In this document: one piece after another, positions 1-12,054 of the stretch
Position numbering within the stretch: position 1 is the stretch's first letter
Layout of the letters: each line of letters begins with the position of its first letter
NCBI GenBank assembly: GCA_048013815.1
Contig: CM106585.1
Location: 18,104,001-18,168,000, forward strand
Source: Setoptus koraiensis
Lineage: Eukaryota > Animalia > Arthropoda
Length of the DNA stretch: 64,000 bases
Direction of reading: 5' to 3'
The notes under the pieces: model-generated
What the model was told of the DNA's origin: nothing
Database searches by the model: none
The model's input: only the letters and a program-made list of their open reading frames with translations
Position numbers and translations under genes: made by a program

Positions 1-1
1 C

Positions 2-2695
2 CAATACCTGTCCCTGGCCCAGTTGAGGGAACTTATGGACCATAAGGGCCAGGAAGCAGTCAGATATATCAAAGAAAAATTTGGAACCCCTCAAAATTTA
101 TGCCTTCAATTAAATACCTCATCCAACGAAGGTCTATCAGGCAACGAAGATGACATTAATCAACGAAAACAGTTATATGGTGAAAACTCAATTCCACCCT
201 CTAAACCAAAAACATTTCTGCAATTAGTGTGGGAGGCATTACATGATGCTACATTGATTATATTAGAGATAGCTGCAATTATTAGTTTAGCTTTAGCATT
301 TTACTCAGCGCCAGCTGTAGACGAAGAAGATGGACCACATGGAGATGCGTCAGAACAAGAGGCCAGCTGGATAGAGGGTGCCGCCATTTTAGTTTCGGTA
401 TTGATTGTAGTTATCGTGACAGCCTTTAATGATTATACAAAAGAGAAACAATTTCGTGGATTACAAAATCGTATTGAAACAGAACATAAATTTGCTGTTA
501 TTAGAGGCGGTGAAGTTATACAAATTCCAGTCAGTGACCTAGTGGTCGGCGACATATGTCAAGTAAAATATGGTGATTTATTACCAGCTGATGGTGTTAT
601 TATTCAAAGTAATGACCTAAAAGTAGACGAGAGTTCGCTTACTGGCGAATCAGACCATCTTAGAAAAGGCGAAGATAGTGATCCAATATTGTTTAGTGGT
701 ACACATGTCATGGAGGGAAGCGGTCGAATGGTTGTGACAGCCGTTGGTATTAACTCTCAAGCTGGTATTATATTTGCCCTATTGGGAGCTGCTCAAACAA
801 AAGATGATGAAGATAAGAAGGCGGCTAGAAAACAAGCGAAAAAGTCGCGAAAAGCCAGGACTAAGTCGCAACCGGACATCGAAATGCAAACTAGCATGAA
901 GACTAGCCAATCTGGCCAGGCAGGTGTTGCCGGTCAAACAGTGTCAGCAATAACAGAAAATTCTCCTATGATGGCAAATGCTATCTCTACTACTACTACT
1001 ACTACTGCCAAACCGCACGATGCAACTAGTCAACAACTACAAGATGCAACTACTCAGCCTGGTGATCAACAAAGAAAATCTACCCAAGATGAGGAGCCTA
1101 ATCGTCATAAAGACAAATCGGTTCTACAAGCAAAACTAACTAAACTAGCCATTCACATCGGTTATGCCGGATCAGGTATAGCTGTTATGACCGTCTTGAT
1201 ATTAATTATTCGTTTTATTATTACAAAATTTGTTGTTGAACGACAACAATGGCACATGCATCATATACAATATTTTGTTAAATTTATCATTATTGGTGTT
1301 ACTGTATTAGTTGTGGCAGTACCAGAGGGTCTACCATTGGCTGTAACGTTGGCATTGGCTTATTCTGTAAAGAAAATGATGAAAGACAACAATTTAGTTC
1401 GTCATTTAGATGCTTGCGAGACAATGGGTAATGCCACTGCAATATGTTCAGATAAAACTGGAACATTAACTACTAATCGTATGTCTGTAGTGCAATCGTA
1501 TGTTTGCGGAAAGCGTTTTCATCAACCAAAACCCGACAATCAATATCTGACGCCTAAAGTAGTAGATTTACTTGTAGATGCAATATCGTTAAATAGTGCA
1601 TACACAACACGAATTATGATGCCAGATACTCCAGGTGATTTGCCCAAGCAAGTGGGTAACAAAACTGAATGCTCATTATTAGGTTATGTATTAGATTTAG
1701 GACGTGATTATCAATCAGTAAGAAACTCATATCCCGAACAAAGGCTTTACAAGGTTTACACTTTTAATAGTGTTCGAAAATCAATGTCAACTGTTATCCA
1801 GTTACCTGACAATGCCGGTTTTCGGGTATTCACCAAGGGCGCCTCAGAGATAGTAATGAAAAAGTGCGTATTTATTTATGGCGAAAATGGAGAATTGAAA
1901 CGATTTTCTCAGCAAGAACAAGAACGTGTACAGCAACAAGTAATAGAACCAATGGCGTGCGATGGATTGCGTACAATTTGTATAGCATACAAAGATTATG
2001 TATGGAATCCTAAACAAATGAATGAAGTCAAAATGGATGCAGAACCAGATTGGGAAGACGAGTCAGCTATAGTTTCTCGCTTGACATGTTTGTGTATTGT
2101 AGGTATTGAAGATCCAGTAAGACCTGAAGTACCAGACGCTATTAAGAAATGTCAGCGAGCCGGCATCACTGTTCGAATGGTCACTGGTGACAATGTAAAT
2201 ACTGCTCGATCAATTGCAATCAAATGTGGCATAGTTACACCAGGCGAAGATTGGCTTATTTTAGAGGGTAAAGAGTTCAACAAGCGTATACGAGACGCAA
2301 ACGGAGAGGTACAACAACATTTGTTTGATAAAGTGTGGCCTCGTCTTCGTGTTTTAGCTCGTTCGTCTCCATCTGATAAATACATTCTAGTCAAGCATAT
2401 TATTGAGAGTAAATTGAATCCTAATCGTGAAGTGGTAGCCGTAACAGGAGACGGTACAAATGACGGTCCTGCATTGAAGAAAGCCGATGTTGGATTCGCC
2501 ATGGGCATTGCTGGTACAGACGTTGCAAAAGAGGCCTCAGATATTATACTAACAGACGACAATTTTTCAAGTATAGTCAAAGCTGTGATGTGGGGCAGAA
2601 ACGTCTATGATTCTATAGCGAAGTTTTTACAATTTCAACTCACTGTGAATGTTGTTGCAGTGATAGTTGCCTTCATAGGAGCTTGTGCCATCGAG
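2..2695 (+). CDS. PMCA: Plasma membrane Ca2+-transporting ATPase (P2B), exon 1 in window, 5'-partial (start codon lies just upstream of the window)
   Basis: The frame is open from nt 2 ([12 protein letters not shown], matching the PMCA N-terminal motif). It contains TGES, PEGLP (TM4), the DKTGTLT phosphorylation motif, KGASE and GDGTND. A GAG|GTAAGT donor lies at 2695/2696; the ORF-track tail 2696-2782 is intron read-through. Confidence 0.97.
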
Positions 2696-2829
2696 GTAAG
2701 TGCATATTTTGTTACAGTTGTTAATATATATATATATCACTATATGTATATATCACTTTTCCTCTATGTTGCTTTCTACTAACTTTCGAACTACTTACAT
2801 GTTTATGTTTGTTTACTATGGAAATACAG

Positions 2830-3255
2830 GACAGTCCACTCAAGGCCGTTCAAATGCTTTGGGTCAACCTAATCATGGACACGTTAGCTTCTTTAGCCTT
2901 AGCTACCGAGATGCCGACACAAAGTCTATTGTTGAGAAAACCATATGGTCGCACCAAACCGCTCATTTCTCGGACCATGATGAAAAACATTGTTGGTCAT
3001 GCCATATATCAACTAGTCGTCATCTTTTCTTTGTTATTCTTTGGACACAGATTGTTTGACATTGACTCAGGTTTGAGCGTACCTCTTCACGCTCCACCAT
3101 CACAACATTTTACAATCATATTTAATACTTTTGTTATGATGACGCTATTCAACGAGATCAACTCTCGTAAGATCCATGGCGAGCGTAATATTTTTCAAGG
3201 TTTACTGACAAATCCCATATTTTATGGAATTATTATTGTTACAGCAGTTGCTCAA
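2830..3255 (+). CDS. PMCA: PMCA exon 2 (TM6-TM9 region)
   Basis: Acceptor TACAG|GAC at 2829/2830 in phase 0; encodes [27 protein letters not shown]; donor CAA|GTAAGT at 3255/3256. Confidence 0.95.
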
Positions 3256-3350
3256 GTAAGTGCTTGTATATTACCATTATTCCATCTATACATCTGGAAT
3301 CCTGCCAGTTCCTCTAATATTATTTCTATCTTTTGTATACATCCTCCTAG

Positions 3351-3644
3351 GTTATTATAGTGCAATATGGCGGCGTCGCATTTTCCACCGCTGCCCTAAC
3401 ATTAGACCAATGGCTATGGTGCGTCTTTTTCGGTGTTGGTGTTCTTGTCTGGGGTCAGCTCATAACTACCATACCTACTAAGAAAATACCCAAGAAGTTC
3501 ACATGGGGCAGTGGACCACCCGACGAGATGTTAGATGTTGCTTCGTCTCTCGTCGAAGATGGCAGTAGTGGTTCATTAAGCCAGGATGTCAAGAGGAGCG
3601 GGCAGATTCTCTGGATCCGCGGTTTATCCAGACTACAAACTCAG
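3351..3644 (+). CDS. PMCA: PMCA exon 3 (last TM segments and first half of the calmodulin-binding domain)
   Basis: Acceptor CCTAG|GTT at 3350/3351; encodes VIIVQYGG...[15 protein letters not shown]; donor CAG|GTATGT at 3644/3645, the conserved PMCA site-C junction. Confidence 0.95.
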
Positions 3645-5124
3645 GTATGTTTGATGCAATTGCACAATACCACCATAGCACAAGCACAACAACAAGCACA
3701 ACATTTGGCGCTTAAAAGGCAAAGTGTCAGTTCACCCACACAAACACATATCTCTTGATAGGGTCTTTTTATTAGATCCACCCTCAAATAGCCTTAAGAT
3801 GTATCCGATAATGCAACATCTAAATCTCATGAGTTTGAACGTAAGGAACGAAGCAAGCCCGTTCCAATTACGCGAGCTGGAACACGAGGATGTTGATTCA
3901 GCTTCACAGTTTTGTGATTTACTCTCTTCACACTTCTACCCTTGCTGCACCAACAAAGTCACCAAAATTCACTCATCAGAAAACCTAAGCCAGTCGTGAA
4001 TTACTTGTCGCACCCCATATCAGATGATCTACTGATCTTGTTGTCATTATTCCTGTCTAGTAAGCCGATACATCCACCAGGCACATCACTCAAACTCCCA
4101 CGCACCTGTATCTGTGCCCGATAGTTACTATCATGACTTTCAATATTATCACTATGATAGAATGTCACAGCTACTTTTTCACCACGATACATTGTGTACC
4201 ACCTGTCGTTGCCATCACCGTCACTATCTCTATGACCATCACCATCACCGTCTCTCGCTATAATAATTACGCAAATCTACAAAGTACACTTGTTAGGCAG
4301 TTCAAAATGACCACTATCTCACACGCAGACGAGCACACAAGCACCAATACTTTTTCACACTTCAATCTATCGTGCCTATGAATCATAAGATTTCGAGTAG
4401 ATTGTAAAATACACATGAATCGAAAATCCGATCTCAATTACTAAGGCATATATCATTTATGGTAAATAGTAAATCCAGAACGGATCAATCTGTAAGGAGT
4501 ATACCCCTTTTAGTATTGAATTTTAGAATTTTTAGTATTGAGTTCCTCAACACCTTATACTTTTACCTTTCTGAAACGTGCATGAATATCTGACTGACAC
4601 AAATGCTGGTAACGTCTTACTGAGACAGTTAATCTAACGATTTTTTTAACGCATGCGAAATCAACGTGATTTCCTCAATCGAGAATCAAGAAGTTGCAAT
4701 GATTAACTTACGTGGGATATATCTCTTTTAGTCGATATAATGATTAGAATCTATTTCGGCCTCAAGATATTGAATTCTTGTGATCAATGTAACTTGATTT
4801 ACATGAGCTTGCATCACTAATCCATTTACTATATCGACTCGATGTCTGAATCTACTTTATCATTTATACAATGGTTTCAGATACTGTTACATTAATTGCA
4901 CATTATAGCATGCTAATTACATAATGATTGTATTTTGGTGTTTTTTTTGAATGCAGTTTGATCACCTCACTGGCTAACAACTCTCCAATGATGTAACCTG
5001 ATAATAATATCTTTATTTCAACTCTCAACTAATCCATCACTTGGAAGAGTGATCAGCAACAGTGCGATTCTTTTGAATATACTTATATACTAAATCCATC
5101 CATTATATTTTCCACATTCTTCAG

Positions 5125-5259
5125 ATACGAGTTATAAATGCGTTCAGGGATGGAATTGATGGACCTTTTGAAATCAAGTCTCAACTATCGAGGTCCCGCG
5201 AACTTTTGCGTCAAATCCAGGCTAACCGACCGCTCGCGTCTTCTCTAGACCTAATGTAA
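5125..5259 (+). CDS. PMCA: PMCA terminal exon (completes the calmodulin-binding domain)
   Basis: Pyrimidine-rich acceptor TTCTTCAG|ATA in phase 0; encodes IRVINAFRDGIDGPFEIKSQLSRSRELLRQIQANRPLASSLDLM*. IRVINAFR is the expected continuation of LQTQ. Not in the ORF track (44 aa). Confidence 0.87.
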   Translation: MRVINAFRDGIDGPFEIKSQLSRSRELLRQIQANRPLASSLDLM

Positions 5260-6088
5260 GCATTCAATACCTATTCATCTTATACCCCGTTACACAAATG
5301 TACCATTAGTTAATCCAGTTTATTAATTCCCAATTTCATCAAAATTGTCATTCATTTCCCAGCAATCAGCATTTAAACCGCAATTGAACAGCACTATCAA
5401 TAGTCATGGTCATTCTCACTCTATCATGACCACACATAACAATTTATTTGTCATCTGACAGTCCGATAGTTTGACAGTCATATTACTAAATGCAGCTTAC
5501 TACAATATAAAAAGCTGAAAGATTGTTACTGAGGAATCATCAGATGATTTTTTTATCAGTGTAAAATACATTTAAGCAAGCAAGGCCTCATTGAGACCGT
5601 TTCAATTAAAGAATAGCTCATCATTTGTCGACTTGAATCATAATCAAGTCACATATTTAGCGGAAGAACGGCGCTGGCCATTAAAGATCTGTTTTATCTA
5701 CGAAAAATTGAAATTAAGTACATTCTTACAAATGTATATGCTAAGATATAGTGAATATACATCGATAAATAAATTAATGCAAACAAAACCGTTTCGAAAC
5801 TACATTCGGTTGGGATTCGTGTGAACTTGACTCCCGAAATCAAGTTCTAGTTTATTTGTTCAGTTTACGCGTATCGGCCATCATTATTCGGCACTTCTTG
5901 AATCTCTGCTCACTTAAAGAAGCTTCGTGTTTTGATACTCCAAGATGGCTATTACTGGGATCCTAAAGAACATTGGCATTCGTTGAATAATAGGAGAATC
6001 AATCGACACCTCTTGACACCGAGCGTTGTGTGGTCAGTTCCTCTAGTTCTGGTGGTTGTCTAGTGTTTTAAATCACTTATTGTGTAGG

Positions 6089-6283
6089 TCAGCTCTTGAT
6101 CATTCCACCATCGCCCTCACTGACAAAGCGCTTCCTTCCGCGAGAAGGCACCATATTGAGAACTTCACGAGGCAGAAACAGTTTATTTTGGAAGCACAGC
6201 TGCATAAAACGCTCCAAGATTGTATATGAATGAGGAACATCGATGTTGATATCAGGCATCTCGTTGAATAGTTTCAAAAAACC
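6089..6283 (-). CDS. PDCD4: Programmed cell death protein 4, exon 2 (end of second MA3 domain and C-terminal tail)
   Basis: Acceptor TTTTTAG|GGT at 6284/6283; encodes GFLKLFNEMPDINIDVPHSY...PSRGRKRFVSEGDGG, the hallmark PDCD4 C-terminus. Confidence 0.95.
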   Translation of the reverse strand, partial: GFLKLFNEMPDINIDVPHSYTILERFMQLCFQNKLFLPREVLNMVPSRGRKRFVSEGDGGMIKS

Positions 6284-6387
6284 CTAAAAAGTCACAATCA
6301 AGATGGAGAATAATTTCATCAGAACAGTTGCCTTGAGTAGATGCATGTCAGAAAAGAATAGTTAAAGCAAATGACTTAATGACTTAC

Positions 6388-7749
6388 GTTTTTGAGCTGA
6401 TCCACACTGATTAGATTGATGGTTGAGAAGTGCTTGATCAGCTTGACAATGGCAAGCGAGTGTTCATCCTTGCTGCTTTCGATGGCATACAAGATGGCCT
6501 CATAAACAAAGTGATGGTAGAAATGAGGTACCTCTAGCTCCTGCAAACATCTGGCTGCTTCGGTAGTATCTCCCGAGCTTAAGTATTCTTTAAGCAGTAG
6601 ACGCATCTGATTTATCAGCGACTTCACAGGACAAGTTCCACCTGAAATACCCCAGACGGTGTCTAAACGAGCCAATCCTGGTTTCATATTTAACAGAGCA
6701 TATGCATGATTGATCGCATCTCTATACAATACTTGACCTTGATCATCCTCATCGAATGATATCTCCGAGCGAGCGTCCATTTCTTCACCATTATCTTTAT
6801 TGTTGTTAGTATCATTGTTTCCGACATCAATCAGCATTGGCTCTTGAGAAATAGCAACACGTTCGCTTTTGTTGGTGGTCGATGTAGTTCTGCGTCTGAA
6901 CCTCTTTCTACGATCTTGAACAAATTTCGGCGGAATGCAATCATCGGCAATGGCCCGGGCAATGAAGCAGCCTAAAACATTGGCAGCATCTGGTGTGTCC
7001 AAATGTATATCAATCAGATTATCGAGTAGATGCTGAAAACCTCGCTCAATGTCTTCATCTGTTAGTAGACGTCCATATAATTCTGATATTAGACGTGACA
7101 CCATTTCTCTGTGTGAAGCTTTGCCTTCCATTGCTACTGTAACAGCTACAACGAGTTGCAAATGATAGTTGCTGCTTAAATTTACCTCCTCCAATAAATA
7201 ACAAACCTCACCAATGTCTCCATGATCAAAGTACTCTTTAATAACGGGTGCAATGTATTTCTCAGCTTCGTCATCATCCAACGGTGGTGTTATAGCCTCA
7301 AATTTACAATTAAGCTCACAATCAGAATCATAGTTTGGATCTGCTGGATCATTATCAACTCTGGGGTCGTGATGATTCAATTCGCTGCCTGCAGCACCCC
7401 AGGTATAGTGTCCTCCAGCGCCGCCTTTTTTGGTGAGACCGCGACCAAATTTTCCTCTTGGTCGGTGGCTGTTTTTCGTTAGACGACGCGACTCGTTGGT
7501 GAACTTGGTGAGAAGATCATTATGGTCTTGAAAAGATGAAGATGGCTGACCATGACGCGAGGCGACAAACATGTCATCATCGCTGTAATGATGATCTCCA
7601 CTGGTGTTTGGATTCTTTACTAGTTTGCCAGTGTTTTCCTGAATCTTAGAGGGTCGTTTGGCTTTGATAAACTTTGAAGAGCCTCCTGATAATCCATTGT
7701 TGCTGCTATTGCCGCTACTCGGACGTTGTTTTCCGTTTGGCGAAGGCAT
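6388..7749 (-). CDS. PDCD4: Programmed cell death protein 4, exon 1 (eIF4A-binding MA3 domains)
   Basis: ATG at 7749; KKGGAGGHYTWG motif and two MA3 repeats (IKEYFDHGD..., LLKEYLSSGD...EVPHFYHHFVYEA); phase-0 donor AAC|GTAAGT at 6388/6387; 104-nt intron; 518 aa spliced. Confidence 0.95.
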
Positions 7750-10700
7750 TGAAGAGGCGATTTCACTATCAATAGTAGTAATAATGATAATAATAAATAT
7801 AGTTTATAGAGAATATTGTGCTTGTGGTGAGTCCGAATTGAAATCAAACGTACGTAAATATAAATAATTATTAATGACGATAATGGAAATAATATTAGCT
7901 GTAGTGCTGGTTGTTAGTGTTCTATTTATTTATAGTTGTTTAAGCATTTACGGTATTTGATTGTGCCACAGAATAAATACTTCAGCCTCGGAGTGTTATA
8001 TTTGTTGCAAAAGAAGAAAAAAACGTGTGGCAGTGCGGTGGTTGTTATTGCTTATTCCAATACAATTGTGGGGTGGGCTTGCTTTGTTTACGACTTCTTG
8101 TTCTACGATGTATGATAGTATGATTGTATATGTGCCTGAAATACACAGCATCTACGAAAACAACAACAACAACAGTGAAGACTAATTACCACAGTTGCCT
8201 GTTTTACACGTACATGTAATACATGAAATACAGTTTATGGCAAATAGTGGTATTGCTGGCCTGTGAGTTATTACCAATACACAGCAGCAGCAACAACAAC
8301 AACAACAACAGCAACAGCTCTGATCTTTGCTAGCTTAACAAATGTTTTTAGCCCTCTGTGTGTAGTGAATCGTGTACGTACAATATGTTTGTTTGCTTCG
8401 TCAATATAACAGCGTTGAGAGGGTGCAAGGGCAAGCAGTTGTGTGAGGTGATACTGGCAACTGCGATAAACAGCCCAGCCAGCGTTTGTGTTGGCTGACT
8501 GAAAAGTGTGTGCACCACTTGAGGTCCTGTCTTTCTCTCTATCCGTTTCATGTGATTCTAACGAGCCTCTTGAAGAAATACACACCTTGGAATAAACACA
8601 AGAGGCCCAGCTACGAAAGCACTCGGCGCAATGTCAGCCGAGAGAGCGCAACAACAAAGTTTCAACTTGACATTGTACCAAGATCAATCAGCTTGGTATT
8701 GATTGGGCCTGCAAGATTGTGTCATTCTGGCGACAGAAATTCACGAGAGCCCCGGACCAGCCACGAGAGACAGTTTGTGACTGTGATATATTCGTAGAGC
8801 TGTTTACACATAGCCGCTGGTTTATCGTCAAGAATATTCGGGAATTGCGAGAGTGTTGAAAGAAGGAAAACAATCCAGTCGCCAGGGGCCAGGCAAGAGG
8901 ATCTGCGTGTCTGTACAGTGAGTGTTGCTATGTGCGAAATTCTTTTGCAGATTTTGTTGTTTGGCCAATTGTCGTTTAATGCTGCCCTACCGTCCCCCTT
9001 ACGAAGCAAGTGTTATGCGCGCTCCAGATGGGGACACGAACACAAAACAGTTGCAATTTCACGCAACAACAACCAGGGGTCACCCTCAAACAAGTAAACA
9101 GTGAAAACGGCTCACAGCTGTAGCATGAAAAACCAGCAGCGCGTGCGCATTCCAGCAGCTGAAATAAGCGTGGCTGATTTGAATGTGTTTGGCCGACTGG
9201 TTGAATGTTTGCGCGCCAGATGTCGCCTCGACCAGCTCAAATTGCGTCACTCAGTTTCTTACAATTTACAATTCTTGCATAATTGTCGCCTCATCATATC
9301 AACATTCACCATATCCGGCGCGCGCCCGCCACTAGTTGGCCCCACATCGATCTGGGGCCTCACGGGCCGACGGTTATAAGTTGTGCCATCGCACATGACA
9401 TTGATCGAGGCGCAACTAGCAAGCTGGCAATGAACGAGCCAACCCAAGTCCTGATTGCTCAAAGTTGAACCGGATACCACCGGTCATTTGTCCATTTGCA
9501 CCATAACTGATGGTGCCGATGGAGATATGACAAATAGTGCTCCGAAGAGGCACATGCATTGTTGTCATGTGGCCAGTTGCTGGTCCAAAGAATGTGACAC
9601 ATTCTTGCGAAACCGCATTCGCTCGTCAATGATGCCCGACGAGCGCACGAAGGCGTCTACGCGTAGTGACGAATAACGCCGTCACACCATCGGCGCCAGG
9701 ATGGGTGCCCCAGCACGACGGACGCTACAACTGAGTTCGGGGCAATCAAACTACTGTTATGTTAGTGCTTTTTGTTGATTATTATCACAACTAGCTGTAA
9801 AAACCAGATGAGCTCTAGTCAGCACTCTAGCCATTGTGCCATGCTGTGTCGTTGGTGGCACGGAGACACAAAACAGTTCACTAATTTGCGCCATGAGGCT
9901 GCCATGTCGTTTGCTAGTCAATTTATCAAAATTATCGTCTTGTACATTGCTATCATGCCAAATGTTAAGCAATTTGGCAACAATTTGGCAAGCGTCGCAA
10001 CAGCGTTCGGCTGGCCTAGCGATAGTGTAACAACAATAGTGTGGATAGTGACAAAAAGATGGACAAAATTGTTAGTTGAAGTTGCGACAAGTGCAACAAA
10101 CAACTGATTGCAGTAAGTGACTGCTGTTTGTGTGACAGATCAGCTGTCATGATTCATGGCTTGCGAGAAATATGATGAATGCTATGTTAGTGTGATGTTC
10201 GCGAATGTGTCGATTAACAGTAAATTGATGGCGCAAGCACACACAATTGATGCCAGTGCCGATTAAGTTGCCCAAGTTATTTGTGATTACAATTTGCTTG
10301 TTGGGCCGATGTTGCGCAATCCTGGTCTTTACCCGTGACGCCAGGTAAAGTATCGGCAAGTTTGTCGGCCACAAACAATAGCTGAGGCACAACAATTGGC
10401 TGCTCTGTTTATCTCGTGGTTCTGTCTATCAGGCCACACACACAAAGACAGGATTCATGATTCATGTTCGGATAACCGGGGATGCCTTGCCGACCATCCT
10501 GTGCCCAAAGATGCTTGTCTCGTGAATATTTTCAGCTGTTTGCTGTACTATTCGCCCGCTTGCTCTCGTCTGCCTGTCAGGTGAGCTCAATCGGTGACAT
10601 CCGGTGAAATTGGGCGAAAGCATTGTAACTCTATGTCCTAAGTGTAGTAAGTGAAGAGCTTGACATGGCCCACAAGACTGCCCATGAGCCAAAAGGGATG

Positions 10701-12000
10701 CAGTGCGATGCAGTTTTAGCGGGGACACAAAGGGTCCAGATTTCAGCTCCGGCGTGTCCAATCGGCCAGGCGAAAGTTGCACCGTCAGAGAGCGGACACT
10801 TAACAAGCTGCGATATATGAGCAACCGCATGATGCAAACATACATCATATAAGGTTATAACGGTACCAGACGGCATGCATGAGCACAACGTGCACAATTT
10901 CACAACAATTGATACTGGTTGAGAGCCGTTATTTGCCAGTTAGTGTGCGTTTGTGTGTCCAATTAAGTAATTGGGCCGAAAGTGGGTCATTATACAATGT
11001 TGTTGATGATATATTTCCAATATATAAATAATACAAGCATGCCATATTTGGATCTTTAGTAGCTGCATGTTTGAGACAGCTTTAATTGAGTGAGCCGTTG
11101 CTCATCGTCATCACTGGCGTCATCTATATGACACCAACGCTTTGCGTGTAACATAACTATTCCAGGAAGCCATTCAATTTTCAATCTTAGCCGCATAGTC
11201 GCATATGAGATGACTTCCACTCATGACATGACAATAAAATTGTCTTGCGGGGCAGAATCCTCATTCTGCGGCCTTTTGCAAGCAAGCGCTCGCACTCGTA
11301 AATAAATATATTTATATATTCACTCATATATATTCTCTATATGAGTGTTCAGCAAAGAAATCTGTTGAGTTGCTGTGTCTGTGAGTTGTCGTGGGAGCTC
11401 AATTGTAAACAAACAAACATTATATTGTTACATAATCATCATCACTATTCCCGACTTGTACGTACTACACAACTACTGTGGTGGCAAGACAGTTTAGTCT
11501 CAAATGGTATCACTCTTTTTTGCTTTCGCTCTCTCCCTCTATTTTCCTCGTTGCAGCGCACTGACTGACTGACTGGTTGGCTAGCTGGCTGGCTTGCAGT
11601 CATTGTTGAGCTAAGCTAATAACCGGGCGCACTGTTAATGTTACATATGCCGCATGCTGAGGGATGCAGGCAAAGACACGAAGAGAACGAGACTGTTTTT
11701 TGTTTGTTGGCATACAGCCAACAACGAGCTGCTTATATGCGTTATACAACCATGTAATCACGAGAAAACAGTGCGTCTGGGTTCGGGCTGCACGCCAGAC
11801 TCAAGTGCCCAAAGCTTCCGACACTCAGTACCCTTAAAGTTGTGCCTGACAAGTAAGAGGCGAGCTACCTCCTCACAGGATGTACAGCTCGCCTCTCGCC
11901 GGCGGGGTAATTTGTTATGGGGTGAAAAGTTGGCCCTAAACCATTATTAGAGTTATCATGTCTGCTGACTTGCTCGCCTCGTATCACTAGTGGCGCTAGT

Positions 12001-12054
12001 GGTGGTGGTGGCGGCGGCGGTGGTGGTGGTGGTGGTGGTGGTGGTGGTGGCGGT
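12001..12054 (+). repeat. (GGT/GGC)n trinucleotide microsatellite
   Basis: Directly visible, 18 triplets. Confidence 0.9.

Noticed and set aside
2152-2580. Antisense ORFs over PMCA, and those over the LIM exon (39787-41641) and LMBR1 (44220-44498)
   Set aside because: Shadow frames of real coding sequence with no independent features.
2696-2782. C-terminal tail of the 919-aa PMCA ORF ([14 protein letters not shown]...) and the similar tails of ORFs 2809-3360 and 6376-7749
   Set aside because: These are intron read-through past consensus GTAAGT donors; spliced models restore the conserved protein sequence.
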